This document shows positions 1 to 10,021 of a stretch of DNA of 64,000 nucleotides, piece after piece. The notes under the pieces are model-generated. The model ran no database searches, was not told where the DNA came from, and was given only the letters and a program-made list of their open reading frames with translations. The DNA comes from an uncultured Actinomycetota bacterium (lineage in GTDB: Bacteria; Actinomycetota; Actinomycetes; Actinomycetales; Kineosporiaceae): the NCBI GenBank assembly GCA_963750395.1, contig CAVVQM010000009.1, positions 69,349-133,348 on the forward strand. The letters run 5' to 3'. A program made the translations under genes and the position numbers. Numbering within the stretch: the first letter of the stretch is position 1; each line of letters opens with the position of its first letter.

Positions 1-1069
1 CGACATCCTGCTGCATCACCCCTACGACTCGTTCTCCACCAGCGTGCAGACCTTCCTGGAGCAGGCGGCCGCCGACCCGAGGGTTCTGGCGATCAAGCAG
101 ACGCTCTACCGCACGAGTGGTGACTCCCCGATCGTGGACGCCCTGATCGACGCCGCCGAGGCGGGCAAGCAGGTGCTCGCCCTGGTCGAGATCAAGGCAC
201 GCTTCGACGAGCAGGCCAACATCAGCTGGGCCCGCAAGCTGGAACAGGCCGGGGTGCACGTGGTCTACGGCATCGTCGGGCTGAAGACCCACGCCAAGTT
301 GAGCCTGGTGGTGCGTCAGGAGTCCGACGGGCTGCGCCGCTACTGCCACGTCGGCACCGGCAACTACAACCCGAAGACCGCCCGGATGTACGAGGATCTC
401 GGTCTGCTCACCTGTGATCCGCAGGTCGGTGAGGACCTGACGCGGCTGTTCAACCAGCTCTCCGGATACGCGCCGAAGACCGCCTACCGCAGGTTGCTGG
501 TCGCACCGCGCTCGCTGCGCAGCGGCCTGATCGATCGCGTCCAGCGCGAGATCGCCAACCACCGGGCGGGCCGGCCGGCCGGCGTGCGCCTGAAGATGAA
601 CTCGATCGTCGACGAGGCCCTGATCGACGCGCTCTACCGCGCATCGCAGGCCGGGGTGCCCGTCGACGTCGTCGTGCGCGGCATCTGCGCGATCCGGCCG
701 GGTGTGCCCGGCTTGAGCGAGACCATCCGGGTGCGCAGCATCCTGGGCCGGTTCCTGGAGCATTCCCGGGTCTTCTGGTTCGACAACGACGGCGACCCGG
801 TCGTCTACATCGGCAGCGCCGACATGATGCACCGCAACCTGGATCGGCGCGTCGAGGCCCTTGTCCGGTTGTCCGACCGCGTTCACATCACCGAACTCGA
901 TGAGCTGCTCACGCTGTGCATGGACGAGCGGGTCGCCTCGTGGCACCTGGGTCCGGACGACACCTGGACACGCCACCCGCTGCCGGGTGCGCAGGAGTCC
1001 GAGGTCATCGATCTGCAGGCCCATCAGATCGCGGCACGCCCGCGGCGGCGGCCCATCAGGCGTCGCTGA
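1..1069 (+). CDS. ppk: polyphosphate kinase 1, C-terminal part (5' end lies outside the window)
   Basis: The frame is open from the window edge. [65 protein letters not shown] and [10 protein letters not shown] match the PLD-like C-terminal domains of PPK1. Confidence 0.95.
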   Translation, partial: DILLHHPYDSFSTSVQTFLEQAAADPRVLAIKQTLYRTSGDSPIVDALIDAAEAGKQVLALVEIKARFDEQANISWARKLEQAGVHVVYGIVGLKTHAKLSLVVRQESDGLRRYCHVGTGNYNPKTARMYEDLGLLTCDPQVGEDLTRLFNQLSGYAPKTAYRRLLVAPRSLRSGLIDRVQREIANHRAGRPAGVRLKMNSIVDEALIDALYRASQAGVPVDVVVRGICAIRPGVPGLSETIRVRSILGRFLEHSRVFWFDNDGDPVVYIGSADMMHRNLDRRVEALVRLSDRVHITELDELLTLCMDERVASWHLGPDDTWTRHPLPGAQESEVIDLQAHQIAARPRRRPIRRR

Positions 1070-1158
1070 CGGTGGACGGCTCGGCACCGACGGCTGGATT
1101 CCCCGTGCGCCAGGACGAGTCACGGCCTGTCCCCACGGGGACGCACGACGAGGACGGG

Positions 1159-2079
1159 ATGCGCCTCGCCGCAGGAGCCCTGTGCTGGCGACGTGGCCAG
1201 CACGGACTCGAGGTGCTGATGGTGCATCGCCCGAAGTACGACGACTGGTCCTTTCCGAAGGGTAAGAGCGAGCCCGACGAACCGCTGCCCGTCTGCGCCG
1301 TCCGCGAGGTGGCCGAGGAGACCGGTGCCGCCGTCCGCCTGGGACGGCAGCTGCCGGGGGTCTGCTATCGCGATGCCGACGGCAAGGCCAAACGGGTGAG
1401 CTACTGGGCGGCCACGGTCGTGCGCATGACACCCCGGACCGCCTCACCGCGAGAGATCGACCGAACCGAGTGGGTGCCGATCGAGCAGGCCGCCGACCGG
1501 CTGACCGCACCCAGCGACGCCTCCCCCCTGGACGCCCTGACCGGCCTGGACGGTATTGGAGGACTCGCCACCGTTCCGCTGATCGTCATCCGGCACGCGA
1601 CGGCCCGCCCGCGGGACTCGTGGACCCGCGCGGACGCCGATCGACCGCTCGTGGCCGCGGGGCGGCGCCAGGCGGCCGCCCTGGCGCCGTTGCTGGACTG
1701 CTGGTCCCCGGAGACGATCGTCAGCTCACCGTGGCGCCGGTGCCTGGAGACGCTGGCCCCCTACGTCGACGCCTCGGGGATCAAGGTGCGCACCAAGGGC
1801 GGACTGTCCGAGCGGGGCTTCCGCCGCAACCCCGGCAAGGCCGTCAAGCACCTGCGCAACCTGGTGGAGCGCGGCAGGCCCGGAGTGCTGTGCACCCATC
1901 GCCCGGTCCTGGCGGGAGTGATGTCCGCCCTCGATGCCCTCACGGTGAGCGAGATGCGCCCACTGCTACCGCTCGAGGATCCCCATCTGGCGCCGTGCGA
2001 GATCCTGGTGGCCCACGTACGGCGCGCCGGCTCCGGCCCGCCGGTGCTCGCGATCGAGCGCCACCGGGTCTCCGGCTGA
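1159..2079 (+). CDS. mutT1: NUDIX hydrolase fused to a histidine-phosphatase domain (MutT1-like)
   Basis: It has a NUDIX box (GKSEPDEPLPVCAVREVAEETG) followed by an RHG-type phosphatase motif (IVIRHATARP). It sits directly downstream of ppk1, as in mycobacterial Rv2984/Rv2985. The start is ATG 1159, with GTG 1105 possible. The first ~80 codons of the 916 ORF overlap ppk and are discounted. Confidence 0.8.
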   Translation: MRLAAGALCWRRGQHGLEVLMVHRPKYDDWSFPKGKSEPDEPLPVCAVREVAEETGAAVRLGRQLPGVCYRDADGKAKRVSYWAATVVRMTPRTASPREIDRTEWVPIEQAADRLTAPSDASPLDALTGLDGIGGLATVPLIVIRHATARPRDSWTRADADRPLVAAGRRQAAALAPLLDCWSPETIVSSPWRRCLETLAPYVDASGIKVRTKGGLSERGFRRNPGKAVKHLRNLVERGRPGVLCTHRPVLAGVMSALDALTVSEMRPLLPLEDPHLAPCEILVAHVRRAGSGPPVLAIERHRVSG

Positions 2080-2182
2080 GGACCGATTCGGCCCAAGATC
2101 TGCTCACTGATCGCTGCGCGCACGTCACCGTCTGCCGCCGATGGCCAACGGCCGCCGGGCCGGCACCGTTCTGCCAGCCTGC

Positions 2183-2204
2183 GTTCACCCCCTGTGCACC
2201 GTGC
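2183..2204 (+). promoter_or_regulatory. candidate PHO box (two 11-nt direct repeat units) upstream of pstS
   Basis: GTTCACCCCCT and GTGCACCGTGC lie in tandem ~155 nt upstream of the pstS GTG. They resemble the GTTCACC-type PhoP repeat units described in Streptomyces. This is motif resemblance only. Confidence 0.3.
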
Positions 2205-2352
2205 AATCGCTTTCGCGAAGCCAGGCATCCCTACGGTCCGGGGTGGAAGCGCACTGCGCCCTGCCCGGCCACGGGGTCGGGCTGCGCCCCGACGGCTCGC
2301 GACGCGGCGGGTCGACCCGAACGGCACCATGTGCCGCACCTGAAAGGGACCC

Positions 2353-2388
2353 ATTCTGTGAGGACCACGAATTCTGTGAGGACCACGA
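2353..2388. repeat. exact 18-bp tandem duplication spanning the pstS start codon
   Basis: ATTCTGTGAGGACCACGA occurs twice back to back (2353-2370 and 2371-2388). This gives two in-frame GTG starts and a duplicated VRTTNS peptide. Confidence 0.9.
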
Positions 2389-3346
2389 GAACCACGGCCG
2401 TCGCGGCCGTCGCGCTGGCAGCCTGCTGGGCTGGCCGCGTGCGGCGGCGACAACGAGACGGCGCCGCCGACGGCAGCTCCAACGCCGGCTCGTCAGCGGC
2501 GAGGTGATCGTCGACGGCTCGTCCACCGTCGGCCGCTGACCGAGCCGCGGCGGCGGAGCTCTTCCGCGAGGAGAACCCCGGCGTCAACGTCACCGTCGGC
2601 ACCTCCGGCACCGGCGGCGGCTTCGAGAAGTTCTGCGCGGGCGAGACCGACATCTCCAACGCCTCGCGGCCGATCAAGGACGAGGAGAAGGCGGCCTGCG
2701 ACGGCGCGGGGCATCGAGTTCACCGAGCTGATGGTCGCCACCGACGCGCCTCGACCGTCGTGGTCGAACCCGGACAACGACTGGGTCGAGTGCCTGACCA
2801 CCGAGGAGCTGAAGACGCTGTGGGAGCCGGCCGCCGAGGGCAAGGTCACGACCTGGGACCAGGTCAACCCGACGTTCCCGGACCGAGGAGTCGAGCTCTA
2901 CGGGCCCGGCACCGACTCGGGCACGTTCGACTACTTCACCGAGGAGATCAACGGTGAGGAGGGCGCTCAGCCGCACCGACTACAACGCCACCGAGGACGA
3001 CAACGTCCTCGTCCAGGGCGTCGCGGCGACCCGAACGCGCTCGGCTACTTCGGCTACACGTACTTCGAGGAGAACGCCGACACGCTCAAGGCCGTCGAGA
3101 TCGACAGCGGCAACGGGTGCGTCGCCCCCAGCGCCGAGACCGCGCAGGGCGGCTCCTACACGCCGCTGGCTCGCCCGCTGTTCATCTACGTCGAAGAACG
3201 GTGTCGACGCAGCAAGCCGCAGGTGAAGGCCTTCGTCGACTACTACGCTCCAGAACGACGAGGCCATCGCCGAGGCGGCCCAGTTCATCCCGCTCAACGA
3301 CGAGCAGCAGAGCGAGCTGCAGGACGAGCCGTCGACGCTCGGCTGA
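2358..3346 (+). pseudogene. pstS: phosphate ABC transporter substrate-binding lipoprotein PstS, readable only across many frame switches
   Basis: Successive segments in different frames read VALAAC (lipobox), [157 protein letters not shown] and QFIPLNDEQQSELQ. I count at least 10 frame changes. Confidence 0.85.
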
Positions 3347-3390
3347 GCCGGACACGCCGACAGCGAGCCAGTCCCAGCGCGATTGGCACG

Positions 3391-4348
3391 ATGCATGGCG
3401 AGTGCCCGTCGGCCACCTCGGGGGCCCTGCGTCCGGCCGCCGGGCCGTCTCGCGGGCCGTCCCGCCCGGCGGGAGCGTGGTCATCCTGCGCCCTGCTCGG
3501 CCTCGCCGCCGGGCTGTCGATCGTGATCACGGTCGGGCATCGTGCTCTCGCTGCTCTTTCCGGCGATCGAGTTCTTCCGCGAGGTCAGCGATCGTCGAGT
3601 TCCTCACCGGGACCGGTGGACGCCGCAGTTCGCCGACCGCGAGCTTCGGCGTGCTGCCGCTGGTCGCCGGCACGCTGTGGACGACGGTGATCGCGCTGCT
3701 GATCGCCGTGCCCTTCGGCCTCGGCGCGGCGGTCTACCTGTCGCGAGTACGCCCATCCGCAGGTCCGCAAGGTGCTCAAGCCGATGCTCGAGGTGCTGGC
3801 CGGGATCCCCTCGGTGGTCTACGGCTTCTTCGCCCTGACCTTCGTGACCCGATCCTGCTCCAGCGATGTCCTCGGGCTGCCAGGTCGGCACCTTCAGCGT
3901 GCTCGCGGCCGGTCTGGTCCTCGGCATCATGATCATCCCGACGGTCGCCTCGCTGTCCGAGGACGCCATGAGCGCGGTCCCGCAGTCGCTGCGGCAGGGG
4001 TCGCTGGCCCTCGGCGCCAACCGGATGCGGACCACGCTGAGGGTGGTGTTCCCCGCAGCCATCTCCGGGATCATCGCGGCCATCGTGCTGGCATGTCCCG
4101 GGCGATCGGCGAAACGATGATCGTCGCGCTGGCCGCCGGCAGCCAGGCCGACCATGGTGAGCAGCCCGCTCGAGCGGCGGGCAGACGATGACCGGCTTCA
4201 TCGCCCAGACGGCCACCGGCGAGAGCGTGCCGGGCACCCTCGACGTACAACACGCTCTTCGCGGTCGGGATCGCTGCTGTTCGTCATCACGCTTGTCATC
4301 AACATGATCAGCATCCGGCTCGTCCGCCGGTTCCGGGAGGCGTACTGA
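3391..4348 (+). pseudogene. pstC: phosphate ABC transporter permease PstC, multiply frameshifted
   Basis: Collinear fragments across three frames read [187 protein letters not shown] and LLFVITLVINMISIRLVRRFREAY. The start position is approximate. Confidence 0.85.
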
Positions 4349-5248
4349 TGGCCGCCATCGCCGCCGCCTCGTCGCCGGCCGCGGCCGGCGCCGACCGGCA
4401 CAGCGACGCAGCCCGGCCTCGCTGGCCTTCCTGATCGCGCTGTGGTTCGCCCTGGCCTTCGCTGTCCTCGTCCTGGCGGTCCTGCTCGTCGACATCCTTC
4501 GTGACGGCCTGCGCCGGCTGGACGCGACCTGTTCACCCAGTACACCTCGCCAGTACGCCGGAGACCGCCGGGGCGCGCGCGGCGATCCTGGGCACTATCT
4601 GGGTGATCGGCCGTCACCGCGTTCTGGCCATCCCGCTCGGCGTCGCCGCGGCGGTGTACCTCGAGGAGTTCGCCGACCGCGAGCGCTGGTACAACCGGCT
4701 GATCGAGGTCAACATGCAGAACCTCGCCGCCGTGCCGGCCATCGTCTACGGCATGCTCGACCGCCGGCTTCGCTCTGGCCATCGGCATGCGACGAGGCAT
4801 CGTGCTGGCGGGCGGCATCGCGCTGGCCCTGCTCATCCTCCCGGTGATCATCATCGCCACCCGCGAGGCGCTGCGAGCGGTCCCGCGGAGATCCGGCATG
4901 GCGTCGCTCGCGCTGGGCGCCACCCGCTGCAGACCGTGTGGCGGCAGACGCTCCCGCCGCCGTCCCCGGGATCGCGACCGGGACCATCCTGGCGCTGTCC
5001 CGGGCGATCGGCGAGGCGGCGCCGCTGCTCCTGCTCGGCGGCGCTGGTGTTCGTCACGTACGACCCGGACGGTCTGATGTCAGCGGCTTCACCACGATGC
5101 CGATCCAGATCTTCAACTGGGCCGGCCGACCCAGGCGGAGTTCCGCAGCTGGCCTCGGCCGCGATCATCGTGCTCCTCGGCTGCTCCTGGCGATGAACGC
5201 CGTCGCCATCGTCATCCGCAACCGATACCAGACGTTGGTACCCGATGA
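4348..5248 (+). pseudogene. pstA: phosphate ABC transporter permease PstA, multiply frameshifted
   Basis: The ATG overlaps the pstC stop (TGATG). Fragments read AAILGTIWVIG..VLAIPLGVAAAVYLEEFADRERWYNRLIEVNMQNLAAVPAIVYG, GIVLAGGIALALLILPVIIIATREALRAVP, VPGIATGTILALSRAIGEAAPLLLLGG, FTTMPIQIFNW and [17 protein letters not shown]. The stop is inferred at the ATGA overlap with pstB. Confidence 0.8.
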
Positions 5249-6184
5249 ACGACAGTGGCCATCGTCATCGACATCACCACGACGCGAGACACCGACGCCA
5301 CACCTGCGACCGTCGCCGACCGCAGACCGATCCGGGGCGCCACCGGGAGCCGCCACCGGCCGACGCGCCGACGCATGGGATGCGCCAGAGCGTCCGTCCC
5401 GGTCGCCGGTCGCCGTCATCGGGTGCGAGGACGTGGACATCTACTACGGCTCTTCCGCGCCGTCCGCGGCGTCACATGCCGTTCGGCAAGCACGAGATCA
5501 CCGCGCTCATCGGCCCGTCCGGGTGCGGCAAGTCCACCGTGCTGCGCACGCTCAACCGGATGAACGAGCTGATCCGCGGGCGCCCGGATCGAGGGCAGGT
5601 GCTGCTGCACGGCGCAGGACCTCTACGCCCCCGACGTCGACCCGATCGAGGTCCGCCGCCGGATCGGCATGGTGTTCCAGAAGCCGAACCCGTTCCCGAA
5701 GTCGATCTACGACAACGTCGCCTACGGCCCGAAGGTCACCGGGATGAAGGACGTCCGAAGCATGGACGAGGTCGTCGAGGGCGCGCTGCGCGGCGCCAAC
5801 CTGTGGGACGAGGTCAAGGACAAGCTCAAGCAGTCCGCGTGCGGGCTGTCCGGCGGCCAGCAGCAGCGACTGTGCATCGCGCGCGCGATCGCCGTCAAGC
5901 CCGAGGTCATCCTCATGGACGAGCCCTGCTCGGCGCTCGACCCGATCGCCACCCTGCGCCATCGAGGATCTGATGGAGGAGCTCAAGAGCGAGTACACGA
6001 TCGTCATCGTCACCCACAACATGCAGCAGGCGGCCCGGGTCTCCGACCGCACGGCGTTCTTCAACCTGGCGGCCGAGGCCGGCGAAGCACGGGCAGGCTG
6101 ATCGAGATCGGCGAGACCGCGAAGATCTTCACCAACCCGCACGAGAAGTCCACCGAGGACTACATCTCCGGCCGTTTCGGCTGA
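5245..6184 (+). pseudogene. pstB: phosphate ABC transporter ATPase PstB, multiply frameshifted
   Basis: It has a Walker A ([25 protein letters not shown]), [23 protein letters not shown], the ABC signature and Walker B ([33 protein letters not shown]), and the C-terminus [25 protein letters not shown]. These lie in different frames. Confidence 0.9.
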
Positions 6185-6206
6185 TCCTCACCACCCCGTC
6201 GCCTCC

Positions 6207-7224
6207 TCACCCCGTCGCCAGGCGCATCAGAACGGCGGCCAGGACGAACGTGGCCGCCGGGGTGAACGCCGCCGCCCCCACCACCCGGCCGACCATGGCC
6301 CAGCGGACCGAGCGCAGCCCCCGGGTGGACCCGGCGCCGACGATCGAGGCGACCACCGTGTGGGTGGTCGAGACCGGCAGACCCCCGGCGAAGGCGCTGA
6401 CGAAGAGCACCAGGGAGGTCGAGCCCTGGGCCGCGAACCCGATGGCCGGTGTCATGCGGACCAGCCGGCGTGACACCGTCCGGATGATCCGCCACCCTCC
6501 CGCGAAGGTGCCCAGGCCGAGCGCGAGGGCCACCGCGACGCGGACCGCCGGCGGGATCGGACCGTCGCCACCCACCGTCGCCGCGCCGTCCACCGCGCCG
6601 GCGGCGACCCCGGCCCCGCCGAGGGCCGCCGCGAGCACTCCCATCGTCTTCTGCCCGTCATGCAGACCGTGGCCGACCGCGACCGCCGCCGCGGTCACCG
6701 ACTGCGCGATCCGGAAACCGCGGATCGCGGGCGCGTTGGCGGCGTCCCGGAACAGCCGCGCCGTCGTGAGCATCACCAGCCAGGCCCCCACGAGGGCGAG
6801 CAGCGGCGACAGCAGCATGGGCAGTCCCACCCAGAACACCAGGAGCCAGGAGTCGACCTGCGCGCCGGCGGCGAGGCCGGCCCCGGCCAGGGCGCCGATC
6901 AGGGCGTGCGAGGACGAGGTCGGCAGGCCCAACCACCAGGTCAGCATGTTCCAGCCGAAGGCCACGAGCAGCGCGACCAGCACGAGGCCGGCGCCGGACA
7001 GGCCGCCCGGACAGCACGAGGTGACGCATCAGGTCCTCCGCGATGCCCACCCCGATCAGGGCACCGACCACGTTCAGCCCGGCGGCCATCGCCAGCGCCA
7101 CCCGCGGGGTGAGCGCGCCGGTGCTCAGCGAGGTGGCCACGGCGTTGGCGGCGTCGTGCATGCCGTTCGACCAGGCGAACACCAGCGCGGCCAGCACAAC
7201 CAGCACGACCAACGCGGTCTGCAC
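6207..7224 (-). pseudogene. pit: inorganic phosphate transporter (PiT/PitA family) with a frameshift near 7000
   Basis: The N-terminal ORF (6658-7224) reads FAWSNGMHDAANAVATSLSTGALTP. The C-terminal ORF (6207-6983) reads FGWNMLTWWLGLPTSSSHALIGALAG and VAVGHGLHDGQKTMGV. Together they make one PHO4/PiT protein. Confidence 0.85.
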
Positions 7225-7229
7225 CCGAC

Positions 7230-7846
7230 TCAGCTCTCGGTGACGATGACGGTCTGGATCGCGTCGGCGACCGCCTCGAACCCCTCCACCGCACGTCCCA
7301 TGGCCGAGACCACCTCGAGTCGGCGGACCAGGGCGGCCTCATCGGTGGGGGCCGAGGTGACGTCCTGGAGCAGCCGCCGACGGGCCTGACCGGCCCGCTT
7401 GATCTGCACCGTCAGGTCGATCCAGCGCGCGGGCATCGAGTCCGTCTCGGACAGCCTCGGCACGCTGGCACCGATGATCTCGCTGGCGCGGATCAACAAC
7501 TGGACGAGTTCGGCGGCCCGGGTGGCAGTTCGCCGACGTGCAGCACGTCGATGGTGTCGGCGACCGCGTCGATCCGGGCGGTGGCCCGACGCAGCGACCA
7601 GCAGACCCGGAACACGTCGGCGCGGTCGAACGGCGTGACGAACGAGGCCGCCAGACTCCGCAGCGCGGCATGTGCCGCCGCCTCGGCCGCCCGATCGCTC
7701 TCCTGCACCGTGTGGACGGCGGCCGCACGCGCCTCCGGGTCGGGGCTGAGGACCGCCGCGAGACCACCCGCGGCCGTCACCAGATGCCCGGCGACCTCGG
7801 TGAGGGACTCGCCCACCTTCGACTCATCGCGGCGTACCCGGAACAT
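7230..7846 (-). pseudogene. DUF47 (PhoU-like) Pit accessory protein with a frameshift near 7500
   Basis: Two abutting ORFs (7493-7846 and 7230-7499) together give a ~205-aa helical protein immediately upstream of pit. That is the usual DUF47-Pit pairing. The family assignment rests on size, position and residue pattern. Confidence 0.7.
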
Positions 7847-9677
7847 GCCCGAACGCTATCGGGCCGCGCCCGGCGACACCGGTTCCGGCGACCCCTGGTC
7901 CGGCGACCCGGTCCGGCACCCCTGGTCCGGCGAGCTCCGGCGACCCCTGGTCCGGCGAACCCTGGTCCGGCGAGTTCTGGTCCGGCGAGCCCGCGTCCTG
8001 TGACGGTTCCTCGCCGGCGCGAAGCACGGTGCGCTGGACGGTCGCCGAGGCGGTCCCGAACCCACCCACGGTCACCTCGTCGTAGGCGACCACCTGGCCG
8101 GCCCTGTCCCCGGCGCGGGCGATGTAGATCAGCGTCGCGCTCAACGGCAGGGGGTTGCCCGCTTCGATCGCCTGGAAGTCCGCTGAGATCCCCGCTCCCC
8201 CGGTCGATCCCTCACGCATCACCAGGGTCGGTGAGTCACCGCTGTCGTCCCACTCGATGTTCCGGCTGTGGAAGTGCCCGTCCAGCACCAGCGGCACCTT
8301 CCCCGCCAGCGGCGGGACGGCGTAGGGCTCGTGGATGACCGCCAGATCCACCGGCCGGTCGGGATTGTCCAGGTTCCACCGGTCGATCGTGCCCGCCAGT
8401 TGCCTGCCGGCCCGGATCTGGGGGTCCACCGGGGGGGCCGCGCCCGTCGGGGTGCCCGGCGCGGCGGTGCTCGTCGCGGGCGAGGGGACGCCGACCGCGG
8501 GCCGGGCGCCACCGGTGGCCGGGGTGAAGACCGGATCACCGATGCCCGCCACCACCAGCCCGGCCACCTCGGTGACCTGGCCGCCCGCGGCGTCCAGGAC
8601 GTGGGCGTTGGGGTACTGGGCGATGACCTGCGCGGTCCGGCCCGAGTCGTGGTTGCCGCGCACGAACACGTACGGCACGTCGAGCCGTCCGATCCAGGAC
8701 AGGTTGGCGGACTCCACCTCGCTGCCCCAGGTGGTGATGTCGCCGCTGTCCACGACCAGGTCGACATTGAAGTTCTGGACGAGCCGCTGAGTCAGGTCGA
8801 AACCCAGCGGACTGGAGTGCAGGTCCGAGACGTGCAGCACGGTCGTCACGTCGTCGCCCACGTCGCCGGCGGCGGGCAGCGCTCCCCGCATGCCGTACAG
8901 GGTGGTCACCGCCTGCACGATCGAGGCGACGCCGGCCCGGTAGCCCTGCAGCCGTTGCAGCAGGCCGTCCGCCTGGGCGGCGATGTACGGCGCCTGGCTG
9001 AGCAGGCCGGAGAACTGGGGTTGGGCGAACCGGTCGGGCTTGAAGGTGAGGGCCGTCGTCGCGGTGAGGGCTCCGAGCAGCAGGACCACCGAGGCCACGA
9101 CGGCGACAACGTCCCGCCATCGGGTCCGGTACACGAGCAGGGCAAGGCCGAGGGCCCCCAGCGCGGCGAACAGCGCCGTCAGGGCCGCGGCCTGGATGGC
9201 GGCCGCGCGCAGGTCGTCCGGGGCGCTCGACTGCAGGGCGTCCAGCGCGCTCGGTGAGTCGATGAGTTCGCGTGCCCGGGCGAGGTCGACGGTCACGATG
9301 CTGGCCTCGACGGCGACCGGGACCCGGTGGGTGCTGAAGGAGACCTCGCCGGCCGGGGGCAGCAGGACCTTCACCCCGGGCGAGAGGGACAGCCGGACCC
9401 TCACCTCCGCGTGCAGAGGGCCGGCCTCGGTGGCCACTGCGGGCGCCAGGGCGGCCCCCAGCGCGGAGCCGGTGAGCACGACGGTGACCAGGATCAGCAG
9501 GCGCACCAGCCGGTCGCGCAGTTCCCGGCGCGTCATGCGCGCGCCGGACTCGGCAAGCGGCTCGTCCACGGTGGGCCATCTCCGCGTGGCAAGGGCCTTG
9601 TCGGCCTCATCGATCTGACCGGTATCGATCTGACCGGTATCGATCTGACCGGTATCGATCTGACTGGTCTGGTCCAC
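7824..9677 (-). CDS. membrane-anchored calcineurin-like metallophosphoesterase
   Basis: The ORF is an uninterrupted 617 aa with TM segments (LLILVTVVLTGSALGAALAP and others). Phosphoesterase motifs are present: VLHVSDLHS, DSGDITTWG, VRGNHD and DGHFH. Both termini are encoded by tandem repeats. An alternative start at MTRREL (codon 47) is possible. Confidence 0.8.
   Translation of the reverse strand: MDQTSQIDTGQIDTGQIDTGQIDEADKALATRRWPTVDEPLAESGARMTRRELRDRLVRLLILVTVVLTGSALGAALAPAVATEAGPLHAEVRVRLSLSPGVKVLLPPAGEVSFSTHRVPVAVEASIVTVDLARARELIDSPSALDALQSSAPDDLRAAAIQAAALTALFAALGALGLALLVYRTRWRDVVAVVASVVLLLGALTATTALTFKPDRFAQPQFSGLLSQAPYIAAQADGLLQRLQGYRAGVASIVQAVTTLYGMRGALPAAGDVGDDVTTVLHVSDLHSSPLGFDLTQRLVQNFNVDLVVDSGDITTWGSEVESANLSWIGRLDVPYVFVRGNHDSGRTAQVIAQYPNAHVLDAAGGQVTEVAGLVVAGIGDPVFTPATGGARPAVGVPSPATSTAAPGTPTGAAPPVDPQIRAGRQLAGTIDRWNLDNPDRPVDLAVIHEPYAVPPLAGKVPLVLDGHFHSRNIEWDDSGDSPTLVMREGSTGGAGISADFQAIEAGNPLPLSATLIYIARAGDRAGQVVAYDEVTVGGFGTASATVQRTVLRAGEEPSQDAGSPDQNSPDQGSPDQGSPELAGPGVPDRVAGPGVAGTGVAGRGPIAFGHVPGTPR
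7869..7991. repeat. imperfect ~15-nt tandem repeats encoding SPDQG and AGPGV units at the phosphoesterase C-terminus
   Basis: CCTGGTCCGGCGA-type units recur several times and translate as GSPDQNSPDQGSPDQGSPE..AGPGV..AGPGVAGTGVAG. Confidence 0.8.
9609..9670. repeat. about four copies of a 15-nt tandem repeat at the phosphoesterase 5' end
   Basis: CGATCTGACCGGTAT is repeated. On the minus strand it reads QIDTG QIDTG QIDTG QID. Confidence 0.9.
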
Positions 9678-10021
9678 CCAAGGTTCTCATCGGTGGCTGC
9701 AGTTCTCTCGGTGGCTTGAGTCCTCGCAACCCGTTTGCGCGGCGAACGCCGCCCCGACCGTGGTCGGGGCGGCGGCCCGCACTTCAGACTCGGGACCGGG
9801 AGCGCCTCTCGGCGCGGTGGCCGCTCGAAGCGGCTGATCATGGAGCCCGGGGCTACCGCGGTCCGTCGTCCGGTGAGACCCGCCGTTGCCGGTCGGGGTG
9901 TCACCGATGGTGCCCAACGTGGTCACCGTCGTCCATGTTCCCTGACGTCTGAAGTTTCCGGAAGTACGCCACCCGAAGAGATGAGGCCGATGAGATGAGA
10001 CTCACCGGCCGCCCCGCAGCC

